Origin: Gemmatimonadales bacterium
Lineage (GTDB): Bacteria > Gemmatimonadota > Gemmatimonadetes > Gemmatimonadales > GWC2-71-9
Length of the DNA: 64,000 nucleotides
Assembly: GCA_041615815.1 (NCBI GenBank)
Contig: JBFJCP010000008.1
Coordinates: 32,001-96,000 of the forward strand
Direction of reading: 5' to 3'
Part shown: piece after piece, positions 9,683 through 18,459 of the stretch
How positions within the stretch are numbered: the stretch's first letter is position 1
Layout: every line of letters begins with the position of its first letter
Notes under the pieces: generated by a model
The model's database searches: none
What the model was told of the DNA's origin: nothing
The model's input: only the letters and a program-made list of their open reading frames with translations
Translations under genes and position numbers: made by a program

Positions 9683-10739
9683 TCCGTCGGCGCTCGCGAT
9701 CACCGCGACTGCGCTCATCCTCGCTGCCTGCACGCCCACGACACGCGTGGTCGCCGTCGCCGGCGATCGAACCGTGACCTTCCTCGATCGCAACCTCCAA
9801 CCACGATCCTCCCTGCATGCGGAAGTTCCCGCGCTGCCAGATGCCGCGGTCGTCGACCTCCGGGTGAGCGGCGACGGCACGCATCTGACCCTCCTACTCC
9901 ACGAGAAAACCGGTGGGTGGCTCGTCCAAGCTCGGCGCACGGACGCCGCCCCCATGCGCCGCATCTCTCTCGGCGACACCGATCCGGAACGGCTCCTGCC
10001 GTTTCGCGACGGCATTCGCTTCGTCACCCTCAGCACCCGAGTGACCGCTGAATCGATCAGCGCCGTGGCGCATCTCGTGTCCCTGAGCCGGCGGAGCGCC
10101 GCGGCCCGCGCGTTCGAGGTCTGTGCCGGCCGCGCCGCAGCGGGCATCGTGTACGAGGAGACCGACCGGGTGTTCGTGATCTGTGACGACGACCATATCA
10201 CCGAAATCGACGCCACGTTGCAACGAATCGTTCGCCGGGTCCGCATCGAGGAAGCCGACGATGCATCGTCTTGTCGGCCGCGTGGGGCGGCCCTGACCGG
10301 GGGGAGTGGAGCGCTCCTCTTGTCGTGCCGCATGAGGGCACAGTTGGTCCTCGTGGACCGTGTCACTCTGACGCCGTTCGACTCGATCTCGCTTCCCACG
10401 CCAGGTGACCTCATCGTCGCGCTCACCGGACACGAGGTCCTGGTAACGCACGAAAACGGGACCGTGACCACTGTGGACCTTCGGCGACGGCGGGCGTTGG
10501 AGACCGTCACGCTGGGTGGCGTCCTGCGTCAGCTCGTGCCCGGTTCCGAGCGATCCGTCGCGTTTGGGCTGCTACAGGTTGAGTCCGATCGAACCATGGT
10601 GGCGCGGCTCGTGGAGGGAGCGGTGGAGGCGAGGCAACCCGCCCCCCGCGGGACACGCGCGCTTGCCGTCTGGCCTAGCATCCTGCCCCCGGTACCCGTG
10701 TGGATCGCTCCTACCGCTCGACCCGATGAGAAGCCGTAA
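9654..10739 (+). CDS. Putative lipoprotein, YncE/beta-propeller-like
   Basis: LILAAC lipobox and repeated beta-rich units. Confidence 0.6.
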   Translation: MTRTTPERSNPSALAITATALILAACTPTTRVVAVAGDRTVTFLDRNLQPRSSLHAEVPALPDAAVVDLRVSGDGTHLTLLLHEKTGGWLVQARRTDAAPMRRISLGDTDPERLLPFRDGIRFVTLSTRVTAESISAVAHLVSLSRRSAAARAFEVCAGRAAAGIVYEETDRVFVICDDDHITEIDATLQRIVRRVRIEEADDASSCRPRGAALTGGSGALLLSCRMRAQLVLVDRVTLTPFDSISLPTPGDLIVALTGHEVLVTHENGTVTTVDLRRRRALETVTLGGVLRQLVPGSERSVAFGLLQVESDRTMVARLVEGAVEARQPAPRGTRALAVWPSILPPVPVWIAPTARPDEKP

Positions 10740-10745
10740 CAGAAG

Positions 10746-10775
10746 ACAACCCGGGACCTTACGGACCCGGGTTGT
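10746..10775. terminator. Intrinsic terminator-like hairpin between convergent units
   Basis: ACAACCCGGG-10 nt-CCCGGGTTGT; minus strand followed by CTTCTGTT. Confidence 0.6.
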
Positions 10776-10794
10776 TGGCCGAGCGACGCCGCCG

Positions 10795-10857
10795 TCACAC
10801 GCCGCGCACGGCCGCTTTTGCGAGATTGATGAGGAGGTGAGACAAAGCCTCTCGCAC
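10795..10857 (-). other. Candidate 20-aa small ORF or small RNA core (MREALSHLLINLAKAAVRGV)
   Basis: GGAGGAG before GTG; internal anti-SD TCACCTCCT; ECF-like promoter upstream, hairpin downstream. Confidence 0.35.
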
Positions 10858-10871
10858 GCTCCTCCGAACAT

Positions 10872-10897
10872 AACAGCCCCCGCGACCAGGAGGTTCC
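10872..10897 (-). promoter_or_regulatory. ECF-sigma-type promoter
   Basis: GGAACC-17 nt-GTT on the minus strand. Confidence 0.4.
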
Positions 10898-10899
10898 CA

Positions 10900-11325
10900 T
10901 CAGGGCCACCGTTTCAGCCGGCCGAGCCGGGATGTCGTGAGCGATTCGGCACTGGCTCCCCGCCTGAGCACGAGCGTGGTATTGGCCGCCCCCCAACCGA
11001 GCCCCGTGGGACCCACGCGAATGACCGCTCGAGACGCCTCGAGCGTGACACCATGGCGCCCGGGTCCCGGAGCGGCGACGACCAGGGAATCGCGTTCGTC
11101 GATGACCGCGCGCAGGGAATCCTCGGCGAACACGAGACGCACACGTACACCGTGAAAAACCGCGGACAGGCGTGCTCGGTTGTAGAACGACGCCACCTCC
11201 AACGCGGCCCGATTGGTCGCACGGACGTCACGCGAAGACCCGATGTGCGGGCTCCAGATCACGAGCACCAGTCCGGCGATCGCGATGGCCAGCAAGGTTT
11301 CTACGACGGTTGTCCCCGCTTGCAT
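10900..11325 (-). CDS. GspH/FimT-like prepilin (type IV pilin-like)
   Basis: N-terminal MQAG|TTVVE plus hydrophobic helix; C-terminal SRLGRLKRW. Confidence 0.75.
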   Translation of the reverse strand: MQAGTTVVETLLAIAIAGLVLVIWSPHIGSSRDVRATNRAALEVASFYNRARLSAVFHGVRVRLVFAEDSLRAVIDERDSLVVAAPGPGRHGVTLEASRAVIRVGPTGLGWGAANTTLVLRRGASAESLTTSRLGRLKRWP

Positions 11326-11538
11326 GACGAAACGTGCGGTGGCCAGCCCAGCCCGCGGGAACCCAAACCACGCGTCGTGGCACGAAATCGCGGCCTCGCC
11401 ACGGCTGTCCCAATGGTCCCACAATCGGGGCGATTTGCACGGACCTCACTGTTCCGGCCCCGATTCCAGACGGCTGATGGACATCGTAAAGTGTTTTATC
11501 AAAGTAAGTTACGTATCTCTTGCGCCACCCCCTTTATA

Positions 11539-11554
11539 AGGTATGCAACTTGCT
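11539..11554 (+). promoter_or_regulatory. Sigma54-type -24/-12 promoter candidate upstream of the TPR gene
   Basis: AGGTATGCAACTTGCT (GG-N10-GC). Confidence 0.5.
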
Positions 11555-11757
11555 CCCTCGGAGATGTTTACACGGATTCGTCGGCTCCGCCCGGGCGGTC
11601 TCGGGTATGCGCCGAAGTCGGGTCCGGAGCCCGACGCCGCCGTTGTGAGACGGCTGGGACAGGCAAAGTGATCGTCACCCTTGCCCGACCCCCGCAGCGG
11701 CGCCCATACTTGCTGGGGCCAGCATATGTTGAGCATCGATCGAAGAAAGCCGCTCTC

Positions 11758-13044
11758 GTGACCACCAACGGTTCACGCCGTCGGCTCACCACTCCAAGCA
11801 CGTTCCACGAAGCGTTCCTGACCCGGGCCGCGAAGGCACAGGATCAACGCTCCAAGGCACGTGCCATGGGTGGTTTTCTCGCCATGCGGTTGGTGGACCA
11901 TTTCGCCGATGGACGGATCGTCGAGACGAGTCGATCCGCGCGGGAATACCAGGTCAAAGCCACATCGGAATTCGTGGCGCAGCTGTTCCCCAGGACCGTC
12001 GAAGTGAACCATCTCTCGGAGATCGTGCGGGTGGCTGCCGGAGCCGCACGGACGGGCACGGTCCGGGTCATGTGGCCGCCCCTGCTGGCATTTGCCTACT
12101 GGCTCGAGCAGGAGGTTCGGTACGACGAGGCGTTGGACGTACTGACCACCGCGCTGCGGTTGCAGGATGGGGGGAAGGGGGAGGAGGAGGTGGCCGCGAG
12201 CCTGCAGCGAGCACGGGTGCTGCGCCGCGCCGGCCGGTTCGACGAAGCGTGCGAGGGATATGCGGCCGCCGGGGATCTCGCCGTGCAGCTGGCGGATCGA
12301 CGCTCGGAGCTGTTGAGCAGAATCGGGCGTGCGATCGTGCTGCAGAAGACGGGCAACTTGCCTGAATCCGAGCGGCTCCTCCGTCGGGTCCTGGAGGACG
12401 CCCGGGCCTTGGGCGACCGCGACGCCGAGGCGCGCGCGTGTCACGATCTGGCCATCGCGATGGCGCTGCGGGAGCGCTTACCGGAGGCGGTACCGCTCGC
12501 GTTCCGAGCGTTTGAACTGTACGACCGCCCAACTGATCGAGCGCGGGCGCTGCATGACACCGGCGCCTTTCTCAAAGAGCTGGGGCACTATAGCGCAGCG
12601 AGCGATGCGTTCCTGGAGGTGCTTGCGGGGGCGCCGCCGACCGAGATGCTCCTGCTGGTCGAGCTCGAGCTGCTCGAGGTGAGCGCGCTGATCGGTGACC
12701 GTCTGTCGTTTGAGCGCTGGCGTCGGGAGTTGCAGGGAGATCATGACCTGATGGCACCCGAGGTCCGCGTGGACTTCGGCATCAAGCTCGCAATGGGATT
12801 GGCGTCGTTTGAGCGGGAGCCGGAGGCCGAGAGAGCGTTACGGCGCGCGATCGGGCTGGCCGAGCGTCATGGATTGAACGAACATGTGTTCCGGGCAGAG
12901 CGCCATCTCCTGGAGCTGCAGGAGCGGCGCGCGGCGCGGCGCGAGGCCGTCAATCCGCCGACCCCCGCGCCCGAAGTGCACCGCACGATCGAAGCGGTGC
13001 AGGCCCTCCGGGCGGAGCGGGAGGCAGCGGCGACGACGCCTTGA
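11758..13044 (+). CDS. Tetratricopeptide-repeat protein (cytoplasmic, no obvious HTH); start approximate
   Basis: Tandem TPR-like helices (RARVLRRAGRFDEA, RAIVLQKTGNLPESE, HDLAIAM, HDTGAFLKELGHYSAA); the upstream part of the long ORF overlaps other genes and is not credible. Confidence 0.82.
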   Translation: MTTNGSRRRLTTPSTFHEAFLTRAAKAQDQRSKARAMGGFLAMRLVDHFADGRIVETSRSAREYQVKATSEFVAQLFPRTVEVNHLSEIVRVAAGAARTGTVRVMWPPLLAFAYWLEQEVRYDEALDVLTTALRLQDGGKGEEEVAASLQRARVLRRAGRFDEACEGYAAAGDLAVQLADRRSELLSRIGRAIVLQKTGNLPESERLLRRVLEDARALGDRDAEARACHDLAIAMALRERLPEAVPLAFRAFELYDRPTDRARALHDTGAFLKELGHYSAASDAFLEVLAGAPPTEMLLLVELELLEVSALIGDRLSFERWRRELQGDHDLMAPEVRVDFGIKLAMGLASFEREPEAERALRRAIGLAERHGLNEHVFRAERHLLELQERRAARREAVNPPTPAPEVHRTIEAVQALRAEREAAATTP

Positions 13045-13194
13045 TTACGTGTCCGAGTTTGCGTAACCCGCGTTGAAGCAGCTCGTGGTCTCGTCGCCGC
13101 AGTCTGGCGGGGCGACGGGGTTCGCACAGGCGGCGGCGCTGAGCGCGACCGACGCCAAGAGCGCGAACGCGTAGAGTCGTATGCGACGCGACAT
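13045..13194 (-). CDS. Unannotated 49-aa secreted/lipoprotein-like peptide MSRRIRLYAFALLASVALSAAACANPVAPPDCGDETTSCFNAGYANSDT
   Basis: AGGAGG RBS before ATG; basic n-region, hydrophobic h-region, AAA-C lipobox-like site; stop abuts the TPR stop. Confidence 0.8.
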   Translation of the reverse strand: MSRRIRLYAFALLASVALSAAACANPVAPPDCGDETTSCFNAGYANSDT

Positions 13195-13260
13195 GGTGCT
13201 CCTCCTGAGCGCATAAGGAGTGGATGTGCTGCTGGGGTTGCGAGATGGCGCGAAACCGCC

Positions 13261-13332
13261 ATTCTAAAGCTCAGCGGGAGTCCTGGAGGTTTTTAGTCCC
13301 TTTTTGGGACTTTACGTGTCGTTTTTGGGACA
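13261..13332. promoter_or_regulatory. Divergent control region: tandem TTTTTGGGAC repeats 21 bp apart and a minus-strand -10 TAGAAT
   Basis: AGTCCC-TTTTT-GGGACT (13295-13311) and GTGTCGTTTTTGGGACA (13316-13332); ATTCTA at 13261-13266. Confidence 0.55.
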
Positions 13333-13335
13333 TTC

Positions 13336-14136
13336 ATGAACGTCCTCTCAGCGGTACCCGACGATTTCGCACGGCGTTTGCAGCGGGCGGCCGGACAGCG
13401 GTTCACGTTCCGGTCCACCCGCGGGTGGTCGGAGACCATCGACGCGATTCGGCAGGAGCCGCTCGAGCTTGCGGTGGTGGACCCGGGACTCGAGGGCATT
13501 CCCCGGGCACATGAGATCGAGCGGATTCGGGTACTCTTCCCGTCGCTCCCGCTCATGTTGTACACCAAGCTGTCGCCCCGCATGGTGCCGGTGCTCCTGC
13601 AACTAGGCCGAGCCGGGATCCGTAACGTCGTGGTGGAAGGCCATGACGATCACCCCGATCGCCTGCGGCAGCTTCTCATCGAGGAGGCCGCTGGTTCCGT
13701 CTCGCGGCGGTTGGTGGCGCAGCTGGATGACGTGCTTGGGGATTGTCCCGGCGAGCTTCGTTGGGCGATCGAGACGGCGGTTCGGGAACCGGCTACGCTC
13801 CACACGGTGGGTGATCTGGCGCGGCGGGCCCGCATGGACCGGCGCACCTGTGTGCGGTGGTTCACCAAGGCGCAACTACCGCCCCCAAGCGTTATGTTGA
13901 TGGTCTTTCGGGTAGTCTATGCGCACCGTCTGTTGCTGGATCCGGGCTACACCGTGGAGGATGTGGCGACCAAGTTGGGGTACGCGAAGACTCGGTCGTT
14001 TGCGCAGAACGTGAAAGAGGTGTTCGGCATGACGCCTGGAGAGCTGCGGGTATCCCTGGCGCCGGAGGACGCGTTGAGCGTCGTGCGGGATCGGTATTTC
14101 CGGCAGGCTACCCTGTCTCTCTTGACGGCGTCATGA
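13336..14136 (+). CDS. AraC-family transcriptional regulator with a degenerate receiver-like N-terminal domain
   Basis: C-terminal double HTH (TVGDLARR...TVEDVATKLGY...F...KEVFGMTPGELR); N-terminal LAVVDP...FPSLPLMLYT. Confidence 0.85.
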   Translation: MNVLSAVPDDFARRLQRAAGQRFTFRSTRGWSETIDAIRQEPLELAVVDPGLEGIPRAHEIERIRVLFPSLPLMLYTKLSPRMVPVLLQLGRAGIRNVVVEGHDDHPDRLRQLLIEEAAGSVSRRLVAQLDDVLGDCPGELRWAIETAVREPATLHTVGDLARRARMDRRTCVRWFTKAQLPPPSVMLMVFRVVYAHRLLLDPGYTVEDVATKLGYAKTRSFAQNVKEVFGMTPGELRVSLAPEDALSVVRDRYFRQATLSLLTAS

Positions 14137-14531
14137 AACAAGGGCTCATGGTGTTGGTGGTGGACGATGACCCCAGCGTCCGCCGCGTGTTGGAACGGGC
14201 GCTCCAGCTGCGGGGCCACACGCCGCTGGTGGCGGCAACCGGTGACGCGGCCTTCGAGTTCCTCCGGCGCCATGAGATAGACCTGGTCCTCATGGACCTG
14301 CGCATGCCCAGCATGTCCGGGCAGACGCTGTATCATGTGATCGCGAGCCAATGGCCGAGGCTGGCAAGTCGGGTCATCGTTATGAGTGGCGATCCCGACG
14401 CTCGGGACCACGAGGAGTGGCTGTCGCTGAACCAACTACCGGTCATCAACAAGCCGTTCGATCTGCCTGAGTTGTATGCCATGATCGATCGGCTGATGTC
14501 TGACGAACGCCGTCGAGCCAACGGAGGCTGA
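14133..14531 (+). CDS. Single-domain response regulator (CheY-like)
   Basis: VLVVDDD, DLRMP, MSG, NKPF; ATGA overlap with the AraC gene. Confidence 0.9.
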   Translation: MKQGLMVLVVDDDPSVRRVLERALQLRGHTPLVAATGDAAFEFLRRHEIDLVLMDLRMPSMSGQTLYHVIASQWPRLASRVIVMSGDPDARDHEEWLSLNQLPVINKPFDLPELYAMIDRLMSDERRRANGG

Positions 14532-14532
14532 G

Positions 14533-15252
14533 TTGACCCCACCGGGTGGCGAACACGATCCCCTGACCGTGCTGCGGGAGTACCGGCAGCTGGCCCCTTG
14601 GAACTTGCGGGACCTGGCGACGCTCGCCGGGGCCATTCTCGATGCGTCCAGCGTGCGGCCCATCAATGCCGCGGCCAGCGTCCATCCCAATGAACGGACG
14701 ATTCGATTCTATGTGACCCGTGGTCTCGTCACCCCGCCCGAGGGCCGGGGCACGGCGGCGATCTACTCCTACCGCCATCTCCTCCAGGTACTGAGCATCA
14801 AGCTCCGGCAGATGGAGGGAGCTACCCTGGCGGCGATCGCGTCAGAGCTCGAAGCGCTTTCCGGCGATGTGCTGGAACGCCGGGTCGCGGGGGCGCTGGG
14901 TCCCAGTCTCCCCGCGCCCGATCATCTCGCACTCGGCGACGCCCAGGCCGCACCTCGCGGCCGAGCGGGCCGACTCTATCGGACATCTTCACCCGATTCG
15001 TATGGTCCGCCGGCCGCCGCCGAGCCCGCGGAGACACCCCGACAGCCCTCCACCTGGTATCGCGTACCCATCTCGCCGGGTGTCGAGCTTCATCTCACGG
15101 CGGATCACCCGCTGGCGCGCGCCCGCGAGCGCGGCACGGAGCTCGCCGACGCCGTCCGGGTCGCCCTCTCGCGCGTACTCGCCCGAGGTCGCACGGTCCC
15201 CGAAAAGTCGGCGGCGGCCGATCGCGCCGACGCCGTTCGCGCTCGCCAGTAA
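14533..15252 (+). CDS. MerR-family HTH regulator
   Basis: RTIRFYVTRGLVTPP.GRG..A.Y. Confidence 0.8.
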   Translation: MTPPGGEHDPLTVLREYRQLAPWNLRDLATLAGAILDASSVRPINAAASVHPNERTIRFYVTRGLVTPPEGRGTAAIYSYRHLLQVLSIKLRQMEGATLAAIASELEALSGDVLERRVAGALGPSLPAPDHLALGDAQAAPRGRAGRLYRTSSPDSYGPPAAAEPAETPRQPSTWYRVPISPGVELHLTADHPLARARERGTELADAVRVALSRVLARGRTVPEKSAAADRADAVRARQ

Positions 15253-15303
15253 CCCCCGCGGGTCACTCCCGCGACGTGCCGACAACAAGGAGGCGTTCGC
15301 CCC

Positions 15304-15891
15304 ATGTCCTGGATTTTCCTCGTGCTGGTCGTGGTGGTGCTGCTGTGGGCGATCTACGCGTACAACATGTTAATCAATCTGAAGGGGCAGACGCTCAACG
15401 CGTGGAAGCAGATCGACGTACAGCTCAAGCGACGCCATGATCTGATTCCCAATCTCGTGGAGGCGGTGCGCGGGGCAATGGAGTTCGAGCGGGAGACCCT
15501 CGAGGCCGTGATTCAGGCTCGGAACCAAGCGGTGAAGATCCAGGCCTCGGCGGCCCCGACGGGCGGCGTGCAGCAGCTGGCGCAAGCGGAGGCTGCGCTG
15601 AGCAGCGCCCTGGGTCGCCTCAACGTCGTCGTGGAGCGGTACCCCGAACTCAAAGCCACCGCCAACGTGGGTCAGTTGCAGGAAGAACTCACGTCCACGG
15701 AGAATCGCGTGGCGTTCGCGCGGCAATTGTACAACGACACGGCCACGACGTACAACGTGAAGCAACACCAGATTCCATGGAATCTGGTCGCCGGGTTCGC
15801 AAAGGCGGAGCCGGTAGAGCTGTGGGAGATCGTCGACGAGAGCGAGCGCGAGGTCCCACAGGTCGATCTTTCCCTGAAACCGAAGCAGTGA
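15304..15891 (+). CDS. lemA: LemA family protein
   Basis: AYN...W.QIDVQLKRRHDLIPNLV, ERYPELKA, ENRVAFARQLYN. Confidence 0.95.
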   Translation: MSWIFLVLVVVVLLWAIYAYNMLINLKGQTLNAWKQIDVQLKRRHDLIPNLVEAVRGAMEFERETLEAVIQARNQAVKIQASAAPTGGVQQLAQAEAALSSALGRLNVVVERYPELKATANVGQLQEELTSTENRVAFARQLYNDTATTYNVKQHQIPWNLVAGFAKAEPVELWEIVDESEREVPQVDLSLKPKQ

Positions 15892-16907
15892 CCGACGCGA
15901 ACCTCTTTGCGCAACAAGCCGCCAATCGCCGCCGTTCGACGATCCTTGTAACGCTCTTTCTCCTCTTCTTCGCCTGGGTCGGGTTCGGCGGCGATCTCGC
16001 GTTCAATCTGGCCACGGCGGACGCGCCGCCGGATGCCTATCACCACACCGTACCATGGTTCGGCATCGGGGCGACGCTCCTGGGTGGCGCCCTGGCATGG
16101 GTGAGCTGGAAAACCGGCCCCAAGCAGGTCCTCTGGGCCACTGGGGCGTGGCAGCTCCTCGAAGCGGACACCGACGCCACGAAGCGTCTCGTGAACATCG
16201 TCGAGGAGATGGCAATCGCTTCCGGGTTGCCCGCACCCAAGATCTGGATCCTCGCAGACAAAGACCCCAACGCGTTTGCCACCGGCACCGACGAGCACCA
16301 TGCCCATGTGGCCGTCACTGAGGGCCTCTTGGAGCTCCTGAACCGGGACGAACTGCAGGCGGTCGTGGCGCACGAAATGGCCCACATCCGAAACCACGAT
16401 GTCAAGCTGATGACGTTGCTCGCGGCGTTAGTGGGCGTCATCCTCCTGATCTCCGACGGCGCGTGGCGATTCGTCTGGTTCGGACAGGGTCGCGCCCCCA
16501 GGCCGCGCGGAGGTGGGAAGAAGGGGGGCGGCCTGGCCCCCGTCGTCTTCGTGTTGTGGCTCCTGACGCTCCTGCTTGCGCCGATCATCTCCCGCCTGCT
16601 CGCGCTCGCCGTGAGCCGCAAACGGGAGTTTCTCGCCGACGCCACTGGAGCTCAATTCACCCGCAACCCGGGGGCCCTGGCATCCGCGCTACGACGGATT
16701 GAGGAGGCGGCGGGGCCCACGAAGTCGATCAAGCGCGGCGCCGCCCATCTGTGCATCGCGGACCCGTTGGGACGGCGCCTCACCCACAAGCAAGGCCTGG
16801 TGGCCAATCTCTTTGCCACCCACCCCCCCATGCCGCTCCGCATCGCCCGCCTCAAGGCGATGGCCTACCAATTCGACAAAACGGGAGTGATCCCGGAGGA
16901 GGTCTGA
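15888..16907 (+). CDS. htpX: HtpX-like M48 zinc metalloprotease
   Basis: PNAFATG, AHEMAH (HEXXH), SRKREFLAD, FATHPP. Confidence 0.92.
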   Translation: MTDANLFAQQAANRRRSTILVTLFLLFFAWVGFGGDLAFNLATADAPPDAYHHTVPWFGIGATLLGGALAWVSWKTGPKQVLWATGAWQLLEADTDATKRLVNIVEEMAIASGLPAPKIWILADKDPNAFATGTDEHHAHVAVTEGLLELLNRDELQAVVAHEMAHIRNHDVKLMTLLAALVGVILLISDGAWRFVWFGQGRAPRPRGGGKKGGGLAPVVFVLWLLTLLLAPIISRLLALAVSRKREFLADATGAQFTRNPGALASALRRIEEAAGPTKSIKRGAAHLCIADPLGRRLTHKQGLVANLFATHPPMPLRIARLKAMAYQFDKTGVIPEEV

Positions 16908-18415
16908 TTCTCACGGTGGGGGACTGGGCGCTGCTCACACTCGCAGCGCTCCTCGCCGGCGGTCTCACCCTCTGGTCCATCCGACGGACACGCCGCGCGA
17001 TTCAGCGCTGGACGAATCGCGCCGTCGTACGGTCCGTGCACCGGTTTCGGGTCCACATCGATCGGTACAAGCTCGTCCGCAAGCAGGTCATTCGTGAAAC
17101 ATTGCTCCGGGATCCTCATGTCCTCGAGGCCGTCCGTGATCACACGCACCGGCATGGCGTGAGCGAGATGGACGGGCGCGTACTCGTCGAGCGATACATT
17201 GACGAGATCGTTCCTTACTTCAACATCCTCTCGTACTACAAGCTGGGGTACAACCTCGCCCGACTACTGATCAATCTCCTCTATCGAGTCACATCGGAAT
17301 ACCAGGATGTCGAGCGGCTCAACGCCATCCCGCGGACCGACGTGGTCGTCTATCTCATGAACCATCGGTCCAACGCGGATTACGTCGTCGTGGCGTATAC
17401 GTTGGCCCGGAGTGTGAGCATCAGCTACGCCGTGGGCGAGTGGGCGCGCGTATGGCCACTCGAGTACGTCTTCAAGACCTTCGGCGCCTACTTCATCCGC
17501 CGCGGGTTTCGCGATCCCCTCTATCACATGGTTCTCGAGCGATACGTGCAGCTCATCACGCGAAATGGCGTGACGCAGGGAATCTTCTTGGAGGGCGGTC
17601 TGACTCGTGATGGTCGCTTCCGGCCGGCCAAGATCGGTCTCCTCGATTACATCGCACGGACGCTCCACGACCCTGAGTTCCGACGGGATATCTGGCTCGT
17701 CCCGGTCGCGATCAACTACGACCGCGTGCTCGAAGACCGATCGCTCATTCGCGAGCTCGTGGACGAGCACGATCGTCCCAGTCGGCTGCGGCAATTCCTC
17801 TCTGTGATTCACTACGTTTCGGTCAATCTGCTCCGGTTGGTCACCGGAAACCTCAAACGTTATGGGCGCGTCGCCGTGAACTTCGGCACGCCACTCTCGC
17901 TTCGTACCTGGCTCGCCGAGGATCTGGATGCGTTGCGACGACCCAAAGAGGAGCGCCTTGCGACGCTTCAGACGCTGGCCGACGAGATGATGCTCCGGAT
18001 CGCAACCATCATCCCGGTCACGTCGGTGCCGTTAACCGCAGCTGCGCTGCTCTCCTTCGGAGAAAGTGTCGTGGATCGTGCACGGCTCCTGGAACGGCTG
18101 GAGCAGTACCGCGATCATTTGCACCGGCAAGGCGCGAAGCTGGTACGCCCCGAGCGCGATGCAGCGGCGATACTGGCACGAGCCTCCCGCACGCTCACCA
18201 TGCGCCGTCTGACCGTTCATGAAGGCAACCGGTACGTCGTGCTTCCGTCACAGCGGCCACTCCTCGAGTATTATGCCAACTCCATTCGACATTTGCTCCC
18301 CGCCGACAGGGGCGGGGAACCGATCATGCATCCGGCCAAGGAGCCGGACCGTTCCCTACCCAGGCTCCGCGTCTGGACCCCCGCCCCCAAGCGCGGTCCG
18401 AACAACGCGCGTTGA
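16904..18415 (+). CDS. PlsB-like glycerol-3-phosphate acyltransferase (start CTG 16904 or GTG 16916)
   Basis: NHRSNAD (HX4D), GAYFIRR, FLEGGLTRDG, PVAINYDRVLE. Confidence 0.82.
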   Translation: MILTVGDWALLTLAALLAGGLTLWSIRRTRRAIQRWTNRAVVRSVHRFRVHIDRYKLVRKQVIRETLLRDPHVLEAVRDHTHRHGVSEMDGRVLVERYIDEIVPYFNILSYYKLGYNLARLLINLLYRVTSEYQDVERLNAIPRTDVVVYLMNHRSNADYVVVAYTLARSVSISYAVGEWARVWPLEYVFKTFGAYFIRRGFRDPLYHMVLERYVQLITRNGVTQGIFLEGGLTRDGRFRPAKIGLLDYIARTLHDPEFRRDIWLVPVAINYDRVLEDRSLIRELVDEHDRPSRLRQFLSVIHYVSVNLLRLVTGNLKRYGRVAVNFGTPLSLRTWLAEDLDALRRPKEERLATLQTLADEMMLRIATIIPVTSVPLTAAALLSFGESVVDRARLLERLEQYRDHLHRQGAKLVRPERDAAAILARASRTLTMRRLTVHEGNRYVVLPSQRPLLEYYANSIRHLLPADRGGEPIMHPAKEPDRSLPRLRVWTPAPKRGPNNAR

Positions 18416-18459
18416 ACAACGGGCGAGGGAGCACCAACGTCCTTAGTTTACGGATCGCC

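Noticed and set aside
10516..11757. 842-aa ORF as one giant protein
   Set aside because: The N-terminal ~410 aa are Arg/Pro-rich shadow frame overlapping the pilin gene and promoter DNA; only the TPR part is credible
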